Of a stretch of 35,385 nucleotides of DNA, positions 1-8,456 are shown one piece after another. A program made the translations under genes and the position numbers. The stretch is from an uncultured Spirochaetia bacterium. Lineage in GTDB: Bacteria; Spirochaetota; UBA6919. The notes beneath the pieces were generated by a model, which was given only the letters and a program-made list of their open reading frames with translations, did no database searches and had not been told where the DNA came from. Every line of letters begins with the position of its first letter. The first letter of the stretch is position 1. The stretch is from contig CAJXGR010000001.1 in NCBI GenBank assembly GCA_913053665.1, positions 1 to 35,385 on the forward strand, in the 5' to 3' direction.

Positions 1-170
1 CTAATAATACTAACAAGTTATCGGCGATTAGCAAAAAATGTACCGCTCACTATTGTAATAAAATACATATATTTGTTTTTCCCTTTGCTTTTTAGTAAAA
101 GAAAATATTCTCTCAATATCCTTTGCTAATATTAGATTATGTGTTACCTTCTAGCGTATCATAATTTCGA

Positions 171-941
171 TTGGAAATACCTTTGGACTGGCCTACACAT
201 AAAGATAGACTTGGATGTGAAATCGTTAGACTTCTCTACGAAAATAAAATGATCTTGACATGGTATAGGGATAAACCCTCTGGATGGCATCTCCACTCAG
301 GGAAATGGTCACCATTTTATATTCATTTGAGGGAATTATCATCTCATCCCGAAATACTTCGTAAAATTGGATATTCTCTCAATCTCTTAATCAAAGAAGA
401 AATGCCCGATACAGATTTAATTGTTGGACTAGCGATGGCTGGTATACCCATTGCTACGGCCATTTCTTTGGAAGGCAATATTCCTGCGGCTTTCACACGT
501 AAAGTAGAGGGGGGGGTAGCCGATTACCAAAAAACCATTGAGAAATACGGCAAACACTCTCTTGTAGAAGGTCAGCTTCATAAAGCCAGGAAAGCCGTGC
601 TACTGGATGATTTAGTCAGTTATTTCACTAGCAAGCTGGAAGGTCTAAATCTCCTGGAGTATGAGATCAGAAGACGTAATCTGAAAGACCTGGACATCCC
701 TCACGTTTTAGTGCTATTAGATCGTGAACAGGGGGGATATGAAGAGGCTAAAAAGCATAATGTTGAGCTCCATAGCCTTATTCCATTTAAATCCAAAGGG
801 ATCCATTGGCTCAAGGATGTTCTTGATAAAATAGAATATGATACTCTAAAAGATTATCTGAAAGACCCAGAACGGTTTCAGGAATATGAAATCCAGAATA
901 AACTATCTCAATTATGTCTATCTTCCACTGAATCGTTATGA
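171..941 (+). CDS. type I phosphoribosyltransferase, orotate-PRTase (PyrE)-like, with divergent PRPP loop
   Basis: TTG start. HSGKWSPFYIHLR resembles the PyrE SG..SP.Y...R segment and IVGLAMAGIPIAT the A..GIP segment. The acidic PRPP motif VLLDDLVSYFTS has Y-F-T where canonical ..DDV.TTGGT has T-G-G. The stop overlaps the next start (ATGA at 938-941). Confidence 0.6.
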   Translation: MEIPLDWPTHKDRLGCEIVRLLYENKMILTWYRDKPSGWHLHSGKWSPFYIHLRELSSHPEILRKIGYSLNLLIKEEMPDTDLIVGLAMAGIPIATAISLEGNIPAAFTRKVEGGVADYQKTIEKYGKHSLVEGQLHKARKAVLLDDLVSYFTSKLEGLNLLEYEIRRRNLKDLDIPHVLVLLDREQGGYEEAKKHNVELHSLIPFKSKGIHWLKDVLDKIEYDTLKDYLKDPERFQEYEIQNKLSQLCLSSTESL

Positions 942-2014
942 AATATTCTAAATTAATACTTACTATTCTTGGGATAAGTCTTCTAGGCTATTTAATCGTA
1001 TCAGCAGGTCTTCAAGAAATATTTGGGAGTCTTGAAAAAATCGGTTTTAATATAGTCTTTGTACTCATTCTGTATTTGGCTGTTATTTATTTTGACACAC
1101 TGGGATGGAAATATGTAATTATTTCTAAAAACAAAAGCTACAACTTTTGGATCCTTTTACGAATTAAACTGGCAGGCGATTGTGTAAGCAATGTCACCCC
1201 AGCAGGCAGTCTTGCAGGGGAACCTATCAAAGTTCATATACTGACTCGTTATGGAGTCACCTTTCTAGAGGGAATGGCTTCTGCGTATATGGCTAAACTC
1301 CTCATGATAAAAGGTCAGATATTATTTGTTTTTTTAGGGCTTTTTTTAATTTTAACAACTCAATTAAATCACGAGCAGGAGATTTTATTTAAAGTAGTTT
1401 TGATATTCGTTCTTGTCTTATCCGGTATTCTTGGTGTTGTTTATTATTTGGGACTCAATAAAGGAATCACCAATGTTCTTTTAAAGCTTCTTGAAAAGCT
1501 GCGATTAAACTTTTCATTTATAGAGAACCAAAGAGAAAAGCTAGCTCTCTTTGACGAACAAATCACTTATTTTTATAAAAACCATAAGCGAGATTTCTTT
1601 TATTCGTTTTTCAGCTTTTTCCTGGCCTGGTTTGCTGGTTCTATAGAAATATATCTCATTCTTTATTTCCTGGATTTCCCGATCACATTTGTGCAAGCTA
1701 TTGCTATCGAGTCCATTGGGACAGTAGCAAAGGGACTCACTTTTTTTATACCATTCAATCTCTTACAGGAACTTACATTCATTGGTCTTTTTAAACTTAT
1801 TCTAAACACCGAGGCAACTGATATTGCCATATCCTGTTCACTCATAAGACGATTCAGAGAACTTTTATGGGTGAGTATCGGGTTTTTTATTTTACGCCAA
1901 TTCGATCTCAAACTCCCAAAGATCTTTAAAAAGAATAAAGTTCCTAAAGACTCCAAGTCCAATGCTGACCCTCTCAATGATTCGACCCCCTCTGATTTGG
2001 CCAATGAAAACTAA
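938..2014 (+). CDS. polytopic membrane protein, UPF0104 / flippase-like (LPG-synthase TM region-like)
   Basis: Multiple hydrophobic helices. The N-terminus (KLILTILGISLLGYLIVSAGLQEIFGSLEKIG...YLAVIYFDTLGWKYV) is typical of UPF0104/YbhN-like proteins as I recall them. Translationally coupled to the PRTase-like gene. Confidence 0.45.
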   Translation: MKYSKLILTILGISLLGYLIVSAGLQEIFGSLEKIGFNIVFVLILYLAVIYFDTLGWKYVIISKNKSYNFWILLRIKLAGDCVSNVTPAGSLAGEPIKVHILTRYGVTFLEGMASAYMAKLLMIKGQILFVFLGLFLILTTQLNHEQEILFKVVLIFVLVLSGILGVVYYLGLNKGITNVLLKLLEKLRLNFSFIENQREKLALFDEQITYFYKNHKRDFFYSFFSFFLAWFAGSIEIYLILYFLDFPITFVQAIAIESIGTVAKGLTFFIPFNLLQELTFIGLFKLILNTEATDIAISCSLIRRFRELLWVSIGFFILRQFDLKLPKIFKKNKVPKDSKSNADPLNDSTPSDLANEN

Positions 2015-2125
2015 ACACACTTTAGGCAACTTTTTTAATAAAAAGAGCTTTATTTTTTAGCATTTTATGCTTAACTTATTGATAGCTATTCTATAGGTAA
2101 TGGATGCCATAAGGAGTGCAAGGGA

Positions 2126-3940
2126 ATGTATCGAACAGGATTGATTATATGTATACTATGGTTTTGCCTCTCTTACCCCAATTTCAGCTTTTCAAAGAGT
2201 CATGATATAAAAAGCTATCTTCCTTATGATACAGTCATTTATGCCGACTTTAAACTAAAGAATTATCCTGATACGTTAAAAACCTTCCTAAGGAAATTTC
2301 TACCTCCTGATAAGCTTTCCAGCTTATTAGAACATTATAAAATACAAAGTCAAGACTTATTCGATCTGGACTTAACGGATAGTCAATCTTTAAGTCAAAA
2401 TGGAATTGATTTATCTCATAGAGCATACTTTGCACTTTTTGACTTTAAAATTACTGATGATTTCCAGCCTATATTTATAGTAGCCTTCAAACTATCGGAT
2501 GAATCCAAAGCTAAAGAGTTGATCGAACATATCATTCAAAAGCAAATCTCTAATCCCATCATTGAATCCGAGAATTATAAGGGTCAAGAAATAGCTATTA
2601 TACTTCGTGGGATTAATATTGACATAGATGATACCTATCGATCTTTTAGCCGTTTAGGTAAAGGTCTCCTGAATATTCCCCAAAAGCTTTTAATAAAAAG
2701 CCTTCAGGAAAAAAGAACTCCTAAAACATCCGATGGCGAATTACCAATGATGGGGACTCCTGAAAAGGAAGTTACCAAAAAATCTCTCCATATTGAATCA
2801 TTTGCATACACTATTCTTGACGGCTATCTATTTTTAGGGACGACTCCAGCCATAAAGAAAATCATTGACTCGAAGTACTACAGGGAAAACCTGAATAAAG
2901 AGAAAGATTTTTATAATACCATCAAAGAGTTGAGTCCCAAGGCCCTTATGAGAGTCTATATTTCTTATAAGCATTTGTCACCCATCTTTTTTACAGAATT
3001 CCTTAACTCAAATTACGGTATAGGCATTTCCATTCATAATGATGAGGAGGCTTTTGAGATCAAAACGATTCATCAACTCAATCCGGATAGTGTGTTCTAT
3101 CATAAGAATAAACAGCTCTTTACGATCAATCCTGAGACACCTGATTTGCTAGACTATCTTCCGGCTGAAGGCATGAACTTTACTAATTTGAGAGTGAATC
3201 TTAGAGCCTCTTTGAAAGCTCTGAACTGGTATTGGGACTTCTATATTGTGTATGGTGCTTTCATTTATAATTACTTTATAAAAGGATTTTCACCGGCTAG
3301 CCCAACTTCTTATTCTTTGGGTGACTTAGTCAGTCGAAACGCTTTTGATCTCTTAAAAGATTATATTAATAACATCGGCAATGATTTTAGTATGGTTTGG
3401 TTCAATTCTTTACAGAACAAATCTTTGGAAGATGGGAATCCCAACGTTTTATTTTACAGTGAAGTGGCAAGCAAAATTAATGGATATAAGTTGATTAATA
3501 AGCTAATTGCCCTTTTTAAGCAAGCCGAAAAGGATTTACTTGTCAGTGAAGAACTTATTGCCAATCACTATTTTTATACCTTCCGCTGGAAAGGAATGGA
3601 CTTATATCTTGGGCTATACGATCATTATCTGATGATAGCCACTCGAAAGGATCCACTTGAACGGTTTTTGCACAATATACAGTCTAAAAATAGAGTACTG
3701 ATCAAGACTTTTGCCCATAAAAACTTGTTGAACTTGATCAAGACTTCTTATTATAACTTTTACTTTTCCTTTAATATGAATAAAGATGATCTGGACAGCT
3801 TGACAATTAATCATCCGGAACTTGGTTTCATCAAGAATCTAGATTACTTGTATCTCAGCAAAAAAAGGATTGGTGATCGTTTTTTAGGAACTTATCGACT
3901 AAAATATCAAAAGCAGGACAGGGTCTCTTCTTTAAAATGA
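2126..3940 (+). CDS. secreted protein of unknown function (possibly DUF3352-like)
   Basis: AAGGAG Shine-Dalgarno upstream; N-terminal signal peptide (MYRTGLIICILWFCLSYPNFSFS); 604-aa uninterrupted ORF. The family guess is from memory only. Confidence 0.6.
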   Translation: MYRTGLIICILWFCLSYPNFSFSKSHDIKSYLPYDTVIYADFKLKNYPDTLKTFLRKFLPPDKLSSLLEHYKIQSQDLFDLDLTDSQSLSQNGIDLSHRAYFALFDFKITDDFQPIFIVAFKLSDESKAKELIEHIIQKQISNPIIESENYKGQEIAIILRGINIDIDDTYRSFSRLGKGLLNIPQKLLIKSLQEKRTPKTSDGELPMMGTPEKEVTKKSLHIESFAYTILDGYLFLGTTPAIKKIIDSKYYRENLNKEKDFYNTIKELSPKALMRVYISYKHLSPIFFTEFLNSNYGIGISIHNDEEAFEIKTIHQLNPDSVFYHKNKQLFTINPETPDLLDYLPAEGMNFTNLRVNLRASLKALNWYWDFYIVYGAFIYNYFIKGFSPASPTSYSLGDLVSRNAFDLLKDYINNIGNDFSMVWFNSLQNKSLEDGNPNVLFYSEVASKINGYKLINKLIALFKQAEKDLLVSEELIANHYFYTFRWKGMDLYLGLYDHYLMIATRKDPLERFLHNIQSKNRVLIKTFAHKNLLNLIKTSYYNFYFSFNMNKDDLDSLTINHPELGFIKNLDYLYLSKKRIGDRFLGTYRLKYQKQDRVSSLK

Positions 3941-4174
3941 ATAGGTGAATTACATTGACTTATTCTTTCAAATAAAATAGTTTGTGGATAGATTCAACTA
4001 AAATCTTGCTAACCTTGACTATCTAATCCGTCTCACTTTGTTTTTTCAATAAACTTTTTATCAATCTGTTCGACAAATATATCATTCACTTAAGATTTAT
4101 GAGTGACAAGTGATAGATATCTAAATGATATAGAAACCTGAGTTTTAGGTTTCATCAGGTTTGTGGGAGGAACT

Positions 4175-5878
4175 ATGAAATGGATTTTAATAATCAGTAT
4201 GTTAGGTGTTATGAACCTTATGAGTTTTTGCAGTAATCCTGATACGTCTCTTCAGGTCAGACTTAACAAAGTGATTGAATCGGCCAATCATTTTAGGGAC
4301 AATATAAACTTTAAAATCGTCCATTTGGATCGGCAGAAAAGATATGCAGCTCTTCGCATTGAGTGCAACTTTGACCAAATAGATAGTGAAGCCTATTTAA
4401 GTCAACTGACTAAAGTTGAGAATACCCTTATGGAAGAGGGTATTTATGACTTAAAATATAATATTGTCAACAATCGTCCTGGCGCTTCTAATAATGATAT
4501 GGACAATGATAATCTAACACTCCATGATGGAAAAGACGAGGACAATATCCCTTATGATAAGCCTAGGAAAGATAATACCTTGAATGAGGATTATTCGGTC
4601 AAAGAGTCCGAAGAACAAAAGAATAAAATGGATTCTGGGGCAGGCTCAGCTATCATTATAAAGAGCAAGAAATTAATGGCTTCCAAAAGAGGGGCTATCA
4701 ATTATAATTTCGTTCGTCTCAGGAAAAAACCTTCCAGAAAGAGTCCTATTATCACTTATGTGTTTAATGGCACAATAGTCAATATCACAGGTAAGTCCAA
4801 AAGACCATCTTTTATCTCAAAAGTAAAAGCTTATTGGTATAAAATTGAAACAAAAGACTCGATAAATGGGTGGGTTTTTGGTGAATATTTATCGGTTACC
4901 GGTCAGAAAAGTCTATCCACATCCTTTCAGAAGAATAAAATCTATAGGGACTTTCTCCAAAAGAAAAACCTTTTAGTCCAAAAAGAATATTTAAACGTCC
5001 TCAAATCTCCATCAAATATTAAAATATCAGCCAATAGACTTATTCTTCATGTAAATCCGGGTCAGTTTCTTGATATTCCCTTTACTTTATCCAATAAAAA
5101 AGTCCAATGGCGGGTGAACCAGATTAAACTTAAATACTCAAAAGCTCCAAAGAGAAAGGGATTATCCAATAGGAATAGCCGCAGAGTCTTTATTGATGAA
5201 GATTATAGCAATAAACAATTTCGATACTATGATCCAAGCTATTCTACCAGTGAATACGACTATCCCGATTCTCCTAAGCGAAGCCAGAGACCCTCTCAAA
5301 CCATTAAAGTTTCACCCTATCAACCTGATGACCAAAGTACTCCTTATACGACTCAAAGGACTAGAGAGGATTTCCCGGTAATTGTTCCACAAATAGCCAG
5401 ACAAAGTCTCCCAAAAGTAAAAGATTATATCTTAAGGTTAAAAATCAATGACTACCTAAGTCAACAGCTGAGTGACGCTGATCTTAGGCGGGCTGAAGCT
5501 ATCCAAAAGATTATTGGGATTAAATTATACCGCCATGATTACAAAAAAGACATCAAGTTTCACTCGGCCTTCAATATTTTTCATGATACTTTGATCCTGA
5601 GTCTTGATAACATTGATTTTGATCGAAAGAGAGCCACTTTTAGTGTCCGAAGAGTCCATCGAGACCCGGATACAGGACCCAAAGATATTTATAATAAGCG
5701 TTGGGTCTTTGATTTCACTCAACTCGATCATGTTAAACTAGACTATGATCGTTTCAGTGACCTGGACTATTCTGAGATACTCCACTACACATCAAGAGCA
5801 GGCTCACGCTATAAAGATCAAGTCATAGGTATTGCCAATTATGTTGTCAAGCTACTTATCCAACAAAATGAGATTTAG
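4175..5878 (+). CDS. lipoprotein with bacterial SH3 (SH3b) domain
   Basis: The tracked ORF starts at GTG 4163. ATG 4175 follows GGAGG and gives MKWILIISMLGVMNLMSFC with a lipobox-like LMSFC. The SH3b-like segment is VRLRKKPSRKSPIITYVFNGTIVNITGK...AYWYKIETKDSINGWVFGEYL. The middle region is Pro/Ser/Tyr-rich and looks disordered. Confidence 0.6.
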   Translation: MKWILIISMLGVMNLMSFCSNPDTSLQVRLNKVIESANHFRDNINFKIVHLDRQKRYAALRIECNFDQIDSEAYLSQLTKVENTLMEEGIYDLKYNIVNNRPGASNNDMDNDNLTLHDGKDEDNIPYDKPRKDNTLNEDYSVKESEEQKNKMDSGAGSAIIIKSKKLMASKRGAINYNFVRLRKKPSRKSPIITYVFNGTIVNITGKSKRPSFISKVKAYWYKIETKDSINGWVFGEYLSVTGQKSLSTSFQKNKIYRDFLQKKNLLVQKEYLNVLKSPSNIKISANRLILHVNPGQFLDIPFTLSNKKVQWRVNQIKLKYSKAPKRKGLSNRNSRRVFIDEDYSNKQFRYYDPSYSTSEYDYPDSPKRSQRPSQTIKVSPYQPDDQSTPYTTQRTREDFPVIVPQIARQSLPKVKDYILRLKINDYLSQQLSDADLRRAEAIQKIIGIKLYRHDYKKDIKFHSAFNIFHDTLILSLDNIDFDRKRATFSVRRVHRDPDTGPKDIYNKRWVFDFTQLDHVKLDYDRFSDLDYSEILHYTSRAGSRYKDQVIGIANYVVKLLIQQNEI

Positions 5879-5887
5879 GAGACCCTT

Positions 5888-6865
5888 ATGAAATCAATTC
5901 TCATTGGCTTATTGCTCTTAATTTCATGGAATCAGACTTTTGGGGGTGAAGGTCTCAGTAGACAGGTTTCCAGGATCCGTCTTACAACAGGTGAAGTGAT
6001 TAGAATCTTAAGTTCTGACCAGATAAAAAGCGATTGGATCTATGATTTCAAGGAGCATGAAGCTAAACTTCTTAAGCTGAACAAGATTTCCAGGTTTCTG
6101 GATGGCGAAAACAAGACCTTCACAGAAGAAGAAAAGGGTTACTGGATCGCCTATTATGGCAAATCGCCTAATATAAAGAAACTATATAAACACAATTCTA
6201 AATCACTAATCATCCATCAAATCTATTTCCTCCAAAAGATTCTTTTGATGGGCGAAAATAAAGTTAAAAAAGCCATCTCTGACAAACTTAAAGAAACGAT
6301 CTATCAAATCTACCCCTCTAAACTTTCACTCGCTGATATACTGCTAATACGGATCGCTGGTGCTAGAAAGTATTTATCAGGTCAGAGTCCATTTAAATCA
6401 GATTACAATAAACTGAAATTAAAAGAACAGAGGATTATAGCCCAGTTTTATGTTCAACCCTCTGACTTGAATAGAATAAAGGTATTGGATCATTTATCAA
6501 TCTTGCTATCCAGCTTTGAAACCCTCTTTGAGGACTACTACACCTACCTGAAAAACACAAATCAATTGAGTAAATTGAAAGATTCGTTGAGAGATTTTAT
6601 TGGGGAGGCTAAGGAAAAAGTAGATAAGCCTGAAGGGATCAAGGGCGAGGAAAACGCGACAAATCTTGAGAGTCTAAAAAAGCAAAAAGTAAAAGATCAA
6701 ATGATCAAGATCAATCGCTTTTTACAAGTTCTTCTGCAAACGAATGATAAGCCATTAATACTTAAGGGAATCCAATTAAAAGAAGGTTTTATAACCAGGT
6801 TGAAAAAGAACTATGATGATTTTAAAAGTTTAGACCAATCGCAAGGTAAGGGGCTGTCCGATTAA
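5888..6865 (+). CDS. secreted helical protein of unknown function
   Basis: AGGAG Shine-Dalgarno 6 nt upstream; signal peptide MKSILIGLLLLISWNQTFG; the 3' end overlaps the convergent OMP gene by 44 nt. Confidence 0.55.
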   Translation: MKSILIGLLLLISWNQTFGGEGLSRQVSRIRLTTGEVIRILSSDQIKSDWIYDFKEHEAKLLKLNKISRFLDGENKTFTEEEKGYWIAYYGKSPNIKKLYKHNSKSLIIHQIYFLQKILLMGENKVKKAISDKLKETIYQIYPSKLSLADILLIRIAGARKYLSGQSPFKSDYNKLKLKEQRIIAQFYVQPSDLNRIKVLDHLSILLSSFETLFEDYYTYLKNTNQLSKLKDSLRDFIGEAKEKVDKPEGIKGEENATNLESLKKQKVKDQMIKINRFLQVLLQTNDKPLILKGIQLKEGFITRLKKNYDDFKSLDQSQGKGLSD

Positions 6866-7433
6866 AAAGTTCAGGGCGAAAGTCCTTGAAAACATTGGTT
6901 AAGCCGATCTCAAATCGTAAATCTCCTACTAGACGCATACCGTTACTATATGTTTTAATCACATAACTCATCCCAAAAGCAAATCCCAATTCGTAGACAT
7001 TGGTATTACTTGAATTGAGTGGAACATTTGGGGATGCCAAAGTTCCATCGGCCCCTAGAAGGAAATTGTGAACCGGTCCGATTACTACAGCCCATTTTTT
7101 TCTTGTAATGTAGAATTTGGCCAATGTGGGGATGGATAGATATTGCAATGTTATGGTTGATCCACCTGAATTCATGCTGGCACCTTTTCTTATGTATAAC
7201 AGATCAACGTCTACACCAATATATTTCTCTAATTGTATATCCAGGTTCATTCCAAAGCCAAAATCAAGGCGTGTTGTTGTTCCATTACTCGGTACACGGG
7301 AACTCATATCAACAACCAGTCCTGCTATCCGAAATCCTGGGCTTACTTTAAACCAACGGTTAAATGTATATCCATTATTAATCAGTGCTAATAGGAATAA
7401 TATGTAGAATAAGTATTTTGATACTTTAAGCAT
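6822..7433 (-). CDS. small outer-membrane beta-barrel (porin-family / OmpA-like barrel) protein
   Basis: Signal peptide MLKVSKYLFYILFLLALINNG; alternating hydrophobic beta-strand pattern; aromatic C-terminal residue (..AIGLNF) typical of OMP barrels. Confidence 0.6.
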   Translation of the reverse strand: MLKVSKYLFYILFLLALINNGYTFNRWFKVSPGFRIAGLVVDMSSRVPSNGTTTRLDFGFGMNLDIQLEKYIGVDVDLLYIRKGASMNSGGSTITLQYLSIPTLAKFYITRKKWAVVIGPVHNFLLGADGTLASPNVPLNSSNTNVYELGFAFGMSYVIKTYSNGMRLVGDLRFEIGLTNVFKDFRPELFNRTAPYLAIGLNF

Positions 7434-7545
7434 TTAAAGTCCTGGGTAATAACGTGAGTTCGATTTATAAGATGCCACGGAGACACTGAGTCGCAGAGAA
7501 ACTAAGGGGAAAGAGTTTATTAATTTCCCACGAAACACATAAGAT

Positions 7546-7575
7546 TTGCAAAAAAATACAAGATATTATTATCTT
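7546..7575 (+). promoter_or_regulatory. sigma70-like promoter candidate for the TPR gene
   Basis: TTGCAA, an 18-nt spacer, then TATCTT. Sits back-to-back and overlapping with the minus-strand candidate. Confidence 0.25.
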
Positions 7576-7591
7576 TTATAGTCATTAGCAA
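7563..7591 (-). promoter_or_regulatory. sigma70-like promoter candidate for the OMP gene
   Basis: Minus strand reads TTGCTA, a 17-nt spacer, then TAATAT. It lies between the inverted-repeat arms and points toward 7433. Confidence 0.35.
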
Positions 7592-7680
7592 CTGATTTGT
7601 TCACTCTCTGTGTCTTCGTGCCTCTGTGGCAAAAGAAATAATCATTTCGAACTGACATTAACGTATATTCGGACGGAACT

Positions 7681-8445
7681 ATGTTTTTAAAGGTCACCTT
7701 TTTGTTTTTAGGACTCAGTTTAATCTTTGCCTCAAAGGCTATAGCTGATCCACCCATCGATAAAATGACGAACCGTGAAAAGGCCTCTCAACTTTACTAC
7801 AACGCCCTTTTTGAGAGCAATACTCTCCGTAAGAAATCTCTCCTGTTACAGGCTCATAAACTGAATCCACGGGATGCCAGGATTTCTTTTCATCTGGGTA
7901 AACTGCTGATCCAGTCAAATAATGAAAAAGAAGGATTTTACTACCTCAAAAAAGCCTTCCGAAACCCAAAATATAAACCTTCCATCCTGAAATACCTGGG
8001 TGAGTACTACTTCAACCAAAAGAACTATAAAAAAGCCAACCACTATCTCAGAAAGTTGATCCGATCGCGTAAAAGAGAGAATAACTATCTAAACAACTAT
8101 ACATTAGGGCAAATCAACAGCCATTTGGGACTCAAGAAATATAAAGCCTCCAACAAGTATTATTTAAAGGCCTATAAAATAAGGAGATACAAGAAAAACA
8201 AAGATCTACTCCTATTGATCGCAGAAAATTATTACTATCAGGCCAATTATCAAAAAGCTCATGACTACCTTAAATCTTATCCTCACACCAATAAAAACAA
8301 TCAGAAAGCTTTTCGACTGCTCATTAAGACCCTTTATAAATCTAAAAAGCGCAGGGAATTAAATGACAGCATCATAAGATACCTGAAAATATGGCCTAAA
8401 GATCGATGGGCCAGGAAAATCCAAAGGAAAAGCCGTAAACTCTAA
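7681..8445 (+). CDS. secreted, very basic TPR-repeat protein
   Basis: Signal peptide MFLKVTFLFLGLSLIFASKAIA. Repeated 34-residue-type A/Y/L patterns (YYNALFE.., YLGEYYFNQKNYKKANHYLRK, IAENYYYQANYQKAHDYLK). Confidence 0.6.
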   Translation: MFLKVTFLFLGLSLIFASKAIADPPIDKMTNREKASQLYYNALFESNTLRKKSLLLQAHKLNPRDARISFHLGKLLIQSNNEKEGFYYLKKAFRNPKYKPSILKYLGEYYFNQKNYKKANHYLRKLIRSRKRENNYLNNYTLGQINSHLGLKKYKASNKYYLKAYKIRRYKKNKDLLLLIAENYYYQANYQKAHDYLKSYPHTNKNNQKAFRLLIKTLYKSKKRRELNDSIIRYLKIWPKDRWARKIQRKSRKL

Positions 8446-8456
8446 GCCCAAACACT

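Larger units (their letters stand above)
7474..7630. repeat. imperfect inverted repeat; each arm is GC + three tandem octamers CACNGAGN, flanking a 105-bp AT-rich spacer
   Basis: Left arm 7474-7499 is GC CACGGAGA CACTGAGT CGCAGAGA. The reverse complement of 7605-7630 is GC CACAGAGG CACGAAGA CACAGAGA. The arms share 20 of 26 identical positions. Confidence 0.8.

Noticed and set aside
1-34. Possible 5' end of a minus-strand gene leaving the window (TTG at 34, reading MLIADNLLVLL...)
   Set aside because: Only 11 codons are visible, with a weak start codon and no Shine-Dalgarno. It cannot be supported from this window.
1663-7407. Other nested short ORFs (1663-2004, 2250-2435, 3614-3814, 5193-5381, 5525-5731, 7117-7407, 7124-7351). 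The same applies to similar nested ORFs further along (10886-11104, 11193-11703, 13165-13350, 15093-15347, 16122-16304, 16698-16910, 27569-27835, 29587-30127, 30741-31376, 32899-34240).
   Set aside because: Each lies inside or antisense to a longer ORF with better support. AT-rich genomes produce many such frames, and none shows a motif or translation signal.
7569-7757. 62-aa minus-strand ORF spanning the repeat arm and the TPR gene start
   Set aside because: It overlaps the start of the TPR gene. Its CHRGTKTQRV segment is simply the translation of the CACNGAGN repeat arm, and it has no Shine-Dalgarno.
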